64,000 nt of DNA from contig NMRA01000173.1 of assembly GCA_002633005.1 (NCBI GenBank), forward strand, positions 278,534 to 342,533, given 5' to 3'. Positions 47,701 through 64,000 of the stretch are shown here, one piece after another (within the stretch, counting starts at the first letter, position 1; each line of letters begins with the position of its first letter). The translations under genes were made by a program, and so were the position numbers. The DNA is from Phoronis australis (taxonomy: Eukaryota > Animalia > Phoronida). The notes beneath the pieces were generated by a model that was not told where the DNA came from, ran no database searches, and worked only from the letters and a program-made list of their open reading frames with translations.

Positions 47701-50700
47701 TTATATGTGCTTGTCTTGAATGTTTATTCCCAGTACTTTTTGTTCAATAGTTGGTCTTAACATCAACCATTCTGTAATAGATATGTCAAGTTTAACTGAT
47801 TGTATTGTTTGAAAAGTTTACATCATGATTTTACTCAGCACATGTGCCTTATTCTGGATATAGGGTCAGGTTCACATAGCTACATAGCCCAACGAACATG
47901 CCTATAGGTTTAGCTTCACATAGCTACATAGCCCAACAAACATGCCTATAGGTTTAGCTTCACATAGCTACATAGTGTCTATAGTTGGTCCTTTGGCATA
48001 ATGATATGCTTAATGCAATGATACACAACTGCAACTTGTGTCTCTTTGCTTGTTGTACCTTGTTGATGTTTCTCTGATATTATAATAGGTTTTTGACAAC
48101 CCCAGAGGTGGCGCTGTATGTGTCATGGAATATGTGGACATCCATGGACTCAACAAGTTCTCAAGAGAACTTGGAGAACAACTTGCCCGGTATGTTGTTG
48201 CTTTGGGAAAATTTATAACAAATCGATAACTACAATATACATATTCTGATGTAGCAGCAGTATGATGAAGTATGCTTTGTCGTTTGATGGCTATAGGGCA
48301 ATATTTGTGCTGCCTTCTGCATTCTTTTATCATGTTATGAACATTCCCACTAAGTAAGATTGGTCCTAACCCCAGTGGTTAAGGTAAACGGTGGGGTATG
48401 GAAAATTGAACTAGACCGTATTTATCCACCTTGGCTGAGTAGCACTCGGCTCACGATCAAAGGGATGCCGCCAAGCTGCTCTAGTCATCGAGTCACGAGA
48501 GAGGATAATTGGCTTCGCTCATGCGGATATGATCAGCTGATTACAATCTAGCTAGCAGACTGTACTTTTTATGGATAGAATTTTACGTAGTTTTTACTGT
48601 AATATTTGAAAAGAGGAGCGAAAACAAAATTTAATATGAGTACAACTTTGAATTTTTCAAATCAGCCCAGGATAAGAGATTTTGCAACACAGCAACACTC
48701 ACGATTTCTTTCATTCGGCGCGCACTAATACAAAAATATAGGACCCAAGTTATTTAGATTTTGGAACACATGCATTGCAATATTCAAAATACGTACGTTT
48801 ATTATGAATCTTACAAGCTGTAAAACGACGTTGTTAATTTCATTGTGTTCATTCATTGNNNNNNNNNNNNNNNNNNNNNNNNNNNNNNNNNNNNNNNNNN
48901 NNNNNNNNNNNNNNNNNNNNNNNNNNNNNNNNNNNNNNNNNNNNNNNNNNNNNNNNNNNNNNNNNNNNNNNNNNNNNNNNNNNNNNNNNNNNNNNNNNNN
49001 NNNNNNNNNNNNNNNNNNNNNNNNNNNNNNNNNNNNNNNNNNNNNNNNNNNNNNNNNNNNNNNNNNNNNNNNNNNNNNNNNNNNNNNNNNNNNNNNNNNN
49101 NNNNNNNNNNNNNNNNNNNNNNNNNNNNNNNNNNNNNNNNNNNNNNNNNNNNNNNNNNNNNNNNNNNNNNNNNNNNNNNNNNNNNNNNNNNNNNNNNNNN
49201 NNNNNNNNNNNNNNNNNNNNNNNNNNNNNNNNNNNNNNNNNNNNNNNNNNNNNNNNNNNNNNNNNNNNNNNNNNNNNNNNNNNNNNNNNNNNNNNNNNNN
49301 NNNNNNNNNNNNNNNNNNNNNNNNNNNNNNNNNNNNNNNNNNNNNNNNNNNNNNNNNNNNNNNNNNNNNNNNNNNNNNNNNNNNNNNNNNNNNNNNNNNN
49401 NNNNNNNNNNNNNNNNNNNNNNNNNNNNNNNNNNNNNNNNNNNNNNNNNNNNNNNNNNNNNNNNNNNNNNNNNNNNNNNNNCCCCTCCCCGTGAAATGAA
49501 TTTTTCTAAGCGTTTGTTTGAGCCAATACAGTATACAGCTTTCCACCAAGGCTAGGTGATGCAAGACATTATTCTTTGTTGCATTATAGTAACTGGTCTT
49601 GGCTAATTATCATTTTATGGCCTGGTCATCCATTCAGCCAAAAGTAGTTCCAGAGGTGGCTTATCAGCCAATTATTCACGCATGCTGACTCACAATAGAA
49701 GCCTGATAAGAGTGAAGGTGGATAAATGTGGTGTTCCTACAGTTTCTTGTTTTAGTGGATGTGTTCACGACATGATGGACTTAATGCAGGGAGATATTTA
49801 TCAATGTTTTTCATTAATTCCTTGCACCCATCATCCTGTCAAATTGCCAGTGTTCTGCAGTGGGGCATTCAAAACGATTCACACAAAAATGTACGTCAGT
49901 CTCAAAATGACATAATGTTCATGTTTGAACGTAATTACATGTTGTCCATGTCAACTTCACTAGTGTTACGCACCACAATTTCAAACTGGGTAAAGTGACA
50001 AATTGGGTCAAGTGACAAATTGGGTCAAGTGACAAATTGGGTCAAGTGACAAATTGGGTCAAGTGACAGATCCTTTTATGCTCTCACAATGCTAAAGAAT
50101 GTTTAAGTTGGCCCAGCAAGTGGAGTGGTTTTGTGATGGCTGATGGGGAGCAATAATAAAAGAGTTGTTTTGGGATGGCTGATGGGGAGCAATAATAAAA
50201 GAGTTGTTTTGTTGGCCTTGTATTGTTCTTGGGTGCATTACAGCCTCCATTTGCATAATGAAGAAGTTGGTAAACAAAAAGAACAACAAGCCTCCTCTGT
50301 CCACCATGATGAAGGTCTAGAGTACGTTTCACAATTTGGTTTCCACATAACAACTTGTTGTGGCTTTATTCCTCAAGACAACACATGGAACGACAGCTGG
50401 GTGGTATGTGAAGACCTTTATGTCTTTACTCCTAATCACATTTGTGATCCTGAGGGCTTCAAGGCTTTGGTTGTGATGGACCAACCCAAACCCCCCTCAT
50501 TTTTGGGTTGGTAGAAATTCCTGAGTAGAACCACAAGCCTATATTTGGCCGGTAACATGCAATTTCAAACTAATACACGTCTGATGGCATTACGATAAGA
50601 GTTGCCTAACAAAACAACACGTCTGTTTTCACTTCTTTGGTCTTCTTATGGATTTAAAAACTAGTAGAAAATTAGAAGTCTGCATAAAATTTTGACCCCT

Positions 50701-53700
50701 TTACATGTTATCATAAATATCAGTGAATGTGTAGCTGAGATTGCTTCGGTCAGATCAGCTTAGCCTTTTTGAAGTAAGTTTTTAGACAAGTATTACTACG
50801 TGGTAAGGCGGTTTCCTTTGTTTTGAATTTTATATCTGTTAAGAATTTAATTTACACTCTTAATTTCAAAGTAAGTATACACAGAAAGTAGCAGTAAACT
50901 TGAGTTATAATTTCTGAGAAAGTAACAAAAATTCACAAAGGTCTAATTGGCGCAGTGCCAGAGTATTCTAAGTAATCCGTTCTTTGAGCACATGCGTATG
51001 CTCTAAAGTTTTACCGTTTCAAAATGAGAGCAATGGATAATTAGAAATCAAATTTACATGCTTCCTTTACTGTCATAAAATATAAATACAGTCAAATCTC
51101 AGCATTGAACAAACCTCCCGGAGACCGGAAACCTATCAAAAATGTTCGTTTTAATCAGGTTTTGCTATGACCAATTAAAGGTGTAGATGAAAATGTAGAA
51201 TAGCAGTGGAGTGACTTATTTGGTTGAAATGCAAAATTAGTATACCCATAAGAAATGCTGTATAACTTGCAGGCTCATTGATTTTTGTGATAAAGTGAAA
51301 AATTAATGCAGATGATGAAAATCAGACAAAAAATGATGCTAAATTCAAAAGAATTAAGAGAAAAGATTATTTTTGAAACCAAAGAAACTGTACCTTGTGT
51401 AAAACATAAACGGCCATTTTGTTCATATCTCACGGACTTGTTTCACCACTGGGTGCGCCCTCTGATGTTGAAGAATAAAACAATAAAAACAGTCTCAGGG
51501 ATTTGCTAGTGTTGGGGGGAATCCTGCATCAAATCCAAATACACTGCAGGTAGGTCCAGTCCTGGGTCTTTGTTGAGACTTGGGTCTATGGACTTGGATT
51601 TCATTAGCCTCTCATATCTCGCATTTCCACTTATCCCGGTGTAGACTCAATATACTAAAGTCCTTATCAGAGATCTGGAGATGTAGGTCTCTGGCATGCT
51701 CTTGTACAGCAGTGATAGGTTTCAGGTTGAGGTTACGGTGATATTAAACCCTGGCCGATAACTGGCGACGCGTCTCTCGGATGTAATTGTCGCTACACTC
51801 ATCACATTTGTATTCATAAATCACACCACACCTCTGGTGGGGGGTGGGGGGTAGGGGGGGTGACACATCTTTGACTGATGGAAGGATGGAACGAATGTTG
51901 AACGGTTAACAAACCCTTCAACACTATTCGCAAACACTATTCAAAGATGTGACTCTACACGACAGGTACATTATAATGAGACTCAATTGTAACGTTATAA
52001 ACGACAGGTACATTATAATGCGACTCGATTGTGCTTTTCCTGAATCTTCCATGGAGAGAATTTCTGGCTTACACTGGTCACTGTTAAGATTCCCTTTGCC
52101 CCAGACAACTCTTTAATGCCTCTTCAGTACGCCCTTTGTATTCATGTATATCTAAGCTAATGAAGTGGAAATTAAAGGTAATTGCTATCAATACTGTCTC
52201 TACAATGATGGTTGTTATTACACCCAAATTGGTTTTCTCTGACATTTGCACAGAGTCACAGCCTGGAATGTTCAGAGTAGTTTTAACTTGGTACATTTTG
52301 AATATTACAAAAGGACTAAAAACAGTAGTTTTTGTTTACCTTGACAAAGGGCCTGACTTCCCTAAGGAACATTGGTTCTAAGTATGTTTCAAACCGGTTT
52401 TCGTAATTTTATATTTAATACCCCAGTCTGCTTGTTTTTTTTTTCTTGCCGGGCGGGAACAGGTTGCTATCTTTTTATTTTATTTTTAAGATTGAAGTAT
52501 CAACACAGTGGTAGATTTTGGTTGCCATCAAAACTTAGAAGTCAGTTAAGTGTGAAGTCTTCCCTATTGCTTGTATTTTCTCATTTACTTTAAAGCTAGC
52601 CTTAGTAACTCAGATTTTGAATTCTGCTACTTAATTAAAAGTTTATTGAAGTGAAGCTGGCCGCAGTACAGTTTACAAAAATTAAGTTTTAAAGTAAATA
52701 TAACCTGGAAATGTTAACATCTTATTTATTTTCAGCATGGCTTGTACACTTACTAATAATATTTTGTTTCTTACAGGACTTTTTCTCTCGACAAAAGCTG
52801 CAAGCTCAGTTGGAATTAGTTGAAGAAAAGGTAATGGAGCTATGCAAGCGGACAATTTGTTTTTGTTCCTATAGTGCATTGCATCGTATGCATCTGTCAA
52901 GAAAACTGGATTTTTATATTCAATTGACTTTTCGTCCAGCATAATGATGTGTTGAGGACTGATGATGCATTGATAATGCTTCACAATGCATACCTATGTC
53001 ATGAAAAATACAATTCTAATTTGGCTTAATATCTGATGTAATGTTGTGTTATCAGAATGAACACATAGTTTTGAATCTCAGTACTCAGACTCGAATCATG
53101 CTCAAACTCACACTTCATACTCAACTCGAGTACAGACTCAGCTTTGGTGTATTCAATGTCATACTCGAAAAATTTGTACTCGAAATTTCAAGCACGTACT
53201 CAATTTTCAAATATACTCGCAATGAACTGTATTTCCTTTATATTTCGAGTACGATTTTGAGCAAAATTCCGAGTATATGCTCCAAATTTCAAGTTTGGTG
53301 TGGCAGTGTGCTTGAAATTGTACTCTAAAATAAATACGAGCGAGAACAAAATATGGAAAGGTCACAGCAAATCTAATCATCACCTTGACACCACCTGAAT
53401 TCATTTAGTTGATAGTAAAATGAATGATAATACATCATTACGAACCAGTAACATGCCATTAAAATGACCACAGATAGCTTGTCTATATGCTTATCTTTGA
53501 TAGTACACCAAATTGACACTGGGTAAAGTAACTCTAATCTGAGTAGTAAATTTTTCAGTATCATGACAGTGAAGCAAGAGAACTTTGGTCGAAGCTCAAG
53601 TTGAAAATACCATCATTTTTCAAAGATTTGGACATCAAACCTGCGCTGCTACACGGGGACCTCTGGGGGGGTAATGCTGGGGAGACAAAAAGTGGACCAG

Positions 53701-55259
53701 GTAGGGTCAACTTGAAGAGAAGACTCTGTTATTAATACTTAGCAGAAATTTAAACTAAAATGCAATTTGCTGGACAGGTTCAAAATTAAAATGTTGAAAT
53801 TCAGTTTGTAGGCAATTTGTAGCAACTTGTTTTATTTTTCCTTAGTTCGGGAAAAGGGGTCTTGAGGATTTTCTTTTTATATGAAAATGTAAAAATGTTT
53901 AGGATATTAAACTTCTAGAACACTGTTATGTACATGTGATTTTAAATATGATTTCAAAACATTTCCATTGCAGTTATCTTTGATCCTGCATCATTTTATG
54001 GTCACCATGAGTATGAACTTGGCATCGCTGGAATGTTTGGTGGTTTTGGTCGATCATTTTATGACGCGTACCATAAGCTGATACCAAAAGCTGCTGGTTT
54101 TGAAGACAGACAGTCGCTTTATCAGTTATTTCACTACCTGAACCACTGGTAACATCCAAACTCTTTGTAATGCACACCAAGTTCTCGTTTTGTTGTGAAA
54201 ATGTTAAATCAAAACTTCTTAAACTTTCAATAATGTCTCACCAACATTTTAGAAAAAATAATTACTGAAATTGGCTACGGACGTTGTTGTGAATGTTCAG
54301 GTCTCACATTGTTACGAATGTTCATGTTTCACAAAATTATTTTGAATGTTCTGGTCTCACATCATGGTTACGTCAATGTTCATGTCTTATGACATTGTTG
54401 TGAATGTTCTGGTCTCACAACATTGTTGTGGCATTATGTTTCTTTTAAGAAAAAATTAGAAAACTACATTATAAAGTTTCCCTTATGTGTCATATTGTGT
54501 CCTAAATTAGTGGATTTTATCATGTTTCAAAAAATTATCTTGTTGTTGTTGAGCCATGTGACTCCTACTGGGCCCTGAACTAATATCTAACACTGCTATA
54601 TTCTTCCTTGGCTGTCACCCTCGTATCCTTTTGGACACCCCTGTCAAACCACGGCTGTTTCTGACTAGGCAGTGGACGATTCACGTTTATCTGACTGGTG
54701 ATTCAGGGCTCTGGAGTTATTTCTTAGGAACACCAACAGAGGGCAACTCAATTTTAACAATCCCCCAGTTGCTGTTCCTCAGCTGGAGGCAAATGGTTTT
54801 ACAACATCTGTAGAAATTTTTAAACCAAGTTCTGAAAGTCTGGATAATTTTTTTTTGCATCAAGTACTTTTCCCGAGTGAATGATGTCTATTATGAATCC
54901 AACTCTATCATATTATTTGCATGTCTCCAAGTATCAAGTGTCCGTGAAAATATCTGAAAATTCATGAATTTTCTATGTAACTTATTGAACTTTTTAAATC
55001 ATTCCTGGCTGTCAACAATTTGCTGTATTTTAAAGCCGTGAATGATTAACTTCTTCTCCTCAAAATCTTACCTCAGCTTTGAAACGTTTTGACGCAAGTA
55101 ACACCGGCATCATAGTTTGTATGTCTACTATAATAATATAATATAATAATAATATATATTATATTATATTAACAATACTATTTCTATTGCAGGAACCATT
55201 TTGGTTCAGGCTACAGATCCAGCAGCATTGGTATAATGCGTCAACTGATAAAGGTTTGA
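44729..55259 (+). CDS. FN3KRP: Fructosamine/ketosamine-3-kinase (FN3K/FN3KRP family), 307 aa, 8 coding exons
   Basis: Exons 44729-44869, 46078-46161, 48089-48189, 50244-50403, 52777-52830, 53559-53700, 53974-54148, 55193-55259 total 924 nt in phase. Motifs [45 protein letters not shown] and LNHWNHFG. Confidence 0.97.
45767..46037. repeat. 17-bp minisatellite, about 16 copies
   Basis: Unit agctgtacagagcattg. Confidence 0.97.
46943..47087. mobile_element. 145-bp MITE with apparent 5-bp TSD atata
   Basis: TIR catgggcggc / gccacccatg, internal ggggct..agcccc hairpins, atata on both flanks. Confidence 0.7.
47112..47625 (+). mobile_element. hAT-like MITE, copy 2, 6-bp TSD aattat
   Basis: Same TIRs and body as 20353-20874. 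Confidence 0.9.
49993..50068. repeat. 17-bp tandem repeat, about 4.5 copies
   Basis: Unit aagtgacaaattgggtc. Confidence 0.9.
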
Positions 55260-56240
55260 GCAGGACTATCTCAGCTTTACTCCCATGTGATTGATCGCCT
55301 ATCCCCTGTCCATTGCTTTTCCTCAGTGCTACTAAGTTGTGGAATGAGATTTTTACTTCCCTGGGTAATTGTGGAAGCAGGCTCTGAGATAAGGACTAAG
55401 TGCTTTGCAGCACTGCAAAGGGCTGTGCCATGAATGTCCGTTGGATCAATGCCAACAAAAACACCAACAGATTTGTGAGTGAATGCACAAGCTGGTTTTC
55501 AACAAGTGCTTCGTGTCAATGTTAAAATAATGCAGTGCCATAAATATACAAGTGTTGAAACAGCTTTGTTAGGTGTATACATTATGAAATGATGTCTGTA
55601 TGTCATAACAATAGTGTTTTGTTGACACTGAATTAAAAGTGCAGGACGGTGAATATTATTCATTTTATTTGAGGCAGCAAGTTCCAAAAGAAACATTTTT
55701 ATCCATCATCACACCACACGCATGTACATTAACTAATTTATACTTTGACCATAGCAATATTTGAATTGCTAAAAAACAAGAAACCTAGCAAGCCTAGTAC
55801 TGACCAATGCATCTTCTTATCCCAAAATGTTTGTCTTAACTTCATGGTTCAGATAAAAACATCTTTTTCCATGAATAATATAATACAATCCTAATACAAG
55901 CATAAAATTTTCTGTTTTCAGAGCATACATTTTAAAAGTAACAAAAATCTTATGTGATATCTTTGTAAAGTCTTTTATTAAAATAGTGCAGGTGGCCAAG
56001 TTTCACACAACCATATTAGCAGACTTCAAATCTGTAATATGATATATCCACTTATCCTCCATCAGAGTATACAAAGGTTGCAAACTGTGATGACTCAAAC
56101 CCAATGTTTACTATTCACATCCCACCATAATACTTTTTTATCAAGTGGAGTTTTGAGTTTGCAAGAGGACTGAAACACTCGTGCAGTCAAACCACGAAAA
56201 ACTGGTTTATAGCGGTTGCATTTATCATTCCATTCCTTAA

Positions 56241-56904
56241 AGTGTACACAACATGACTCTAGTACCTCAAAATAAATTTTATTATTATATCTTACTTGAT
56301 TTCAGTGCCTTTAGTGCACAGCTCATAAAGAAACACGCAAAAATTGAAAAAAATAATAATTATGTACAACGTCATGGGTTGAACCCAAGCCGTTCGCCAT
56401 ACCGTTCGGATCAGAGACAAAGTGTATAGAGTGAAGAGAATGCAAAGTACATTTAGCGTCGAGAAGGTTCGTAAAGGGATCAAAAGATGTGTTTCCGGAG
56501 GCTGCAGCAACAGCAGCCAGGCGGAAAACGTCTCGGTGTTCCGAAGGAAACCAAAGTTGCGCAGAAGTGGCATGACTTCGTGCGCCGAACGAGAGTGTGG
56601 GACGTCATCGTGGACCAAGCGATTCGGTCCGGGGCCACTCTGTGTTCTGCCCACTTTGAGGACTCGTGTTTCGACTCCAGTCACAGGAGACGATGAAGGC
56701 CTGGTTCAATAAAGGACAATATTTATCATTCAGAAACATCAGCTCTTAATTCAGGATCGTCTGTTGGATGACTGGGTTGACTCGCCGAGCCCGAGGCCGC
56801 TTCTCTCGCGGGAGGATCCAGTTCATAAGGCTCAAAGTAGAAAAGTACGCAGCCGGAAGCACATTAAACTTGTTCTCGCTTTCGTGCAACCCCATTTCCT
56901 CATC
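56241..56904 (+). mobile_element. Kolobok-like element 5' part with frameshifted THAP domain, runs into gap
   Basis: TTAA|agtgtacac start. KRCVSGGCSN..VSVF then a frameshift to PKETKVAQKWHDFVRR..LCSAHFEDSCF at 56482-56675. Confidence 0.75.
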
Positions 56905-56986
56905 NNNNNNNNNNNNNNNNNNNNNNNNNNNNNNNNNNNNNNNNNNNNNNNNNNNNNNNNNNNNNNNNNNNNNNNNNNNNNNNNNN

Positions 56987-57512
56987 CTACATACAGGTCA
57001 ATGACAGTGCACTAGACACAGGTCAATGACAGTGCACTACATACAGGTCAATGACAGTGCACTACATACAGGTCAATGACAGTGCACTACATACAGGTCA
57101 ATGACAGTGCACTACATCCAGGTCAATGACAGTGCACTAGACACAGGTCAATGACAGTGCACTACATACAGGTCAATGACAGTGCACTACATACAGGTCA
57201 ATGACAGTGCACTACATACAGGTCAATGACAGTGCACTACATCCAGGTCAATGACAGTGCACTAGACACAGGTCAATGACAGTGCACTACATACAGGTCA
57301 ATGACAGTGCACTACATACAGGTCAATGACAGTGCACTACATACAGGTCAATGACAGTGCACTACATCCAGGTCAATGACAGTGCACTAGACACAGGTCA
57401 ATGACAGTGCACTACATACAGGTCAATGACAGTGCACTACATTCAGGTCAATGACAGTGCACTACATACAGGTCAATGACAGTGCACTACATTCAGGTCA
57501 ATGACAGTGCAC
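56987..57512. repeat. 25-bp minisatellite, 21 visible copies
   Basis: Unit ctacatacaggtcaatgacagtgca. Confidence 0.97.
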
Positions 57513-58288
57513 ATAAGTAAAAATAAATGTGACTGTTAGAAACATCCTGAGAAAGTGCAATGCAATGCAATGCAACTGTACTTCAATACCGTGCCTGCCC
57601 AACTAAAATTGGCATTGTGTGTATGGCAAGGCTATGTTTAAAATGCAAACTAATACATCAAAACAACAGTACATGAACTATTCCAAAATACATTTTGAAA
57701 ATCTAAACTAAGTCTCGTCTTAATAATACTAACAAGAGATGGCACTAGTGTTACTACACATTGCACTTTGAAGGAAACAAATTTGCAGCAATATAAATGT
57801 AACAGATAATTGTCAGCAACAGATTGTCTGTGAACAATTCATTAACTCTGAGGTTTAATATTTATAGTGTGCACAATACAATTGTGACCTTATAAATTAC
57901 AGTCACCACTAATCCTCTCAAATGTAAACACTCTATCACACAAAACAAGATTGTTGGTGTTTTATAAAGTACAGAAAAAACATGAACAGGTCATAAAAAT
58001 AATTTCGACCACTTTGTCACTTATCTCACATAAGATCTCTCACAAGAGTCCTGCTGCTGCTACTATGAGTGTTTACAATGAGTTGATTCTATGCATCAAG
58101 GGTCAATTAACCTCTGCCAAACAGCAAGATTGTTTGAGATTATGTAACCTTGTTGCTAACAAATATGAAGGTGGTCTTTACAACACAAGTTCTCACAGTT
58201 ATCTCAAATAAGGGCTGTAGAAAAGGTTTTTGTAATCCTCCAAGAAAAACAGAGGGCATATTAGCAGTATAAGTAACTGTCAGGCTTC

Positions 58289-63935
<5,647 letters not shown>

Positions 63936-64000
63936 CTACAAACAGTACAGTGACTGCTTAGAAAGAAATTGACCACAGAACTCAAACACTTGTTTCTTGA

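Overview
AT-rich, intron-containing eukaryotic DNA, most consistent with an invertebrate animal; the species cannot be named from the sequence. There are three assembly gaps (30936-31858, 48859-49481, 56905-56986) and two single-N joins (9370, 10340). Five spliced protein-coding genes were rebuilt by hand from GT-AG junctions and phase. (1) A vitamin K epoxide reductase on the minus strand, exons 2-3 only. (2) A predicted GPI-anchored three-Ig-domain protein on the plus strand, 377 aa. (3) Bleomycin hydrolase on the minus strand, 456 aa. (4) Fructosamine/ketosamine-3-kinase on the plus strand, 307 aa, head-to-head with BLMH. (5) The 3' end of a SUR-like ABCC transporter on the minus strand. 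Introns hold many minisatellites and non-autonomous transposons: Kolobok-like THAP-bearing elements, Tc1/mariner MITEs, hAT-like MITEs with 5- and 6-bp TSDs, Helentron-associated elements and LINE fragments. Most supplied ORFs are repeat or gap artefacts. I see no CRISPR array, rRNA or tRNA, and no clearly demonstrated new biological system. The best leads are the BLMH-FN3K divergent pair, the atypical Ig protein, the BLMH C-terminal extension, and HIRAN-like cargo in a transposon. All family assignments are by eye, without database searches.
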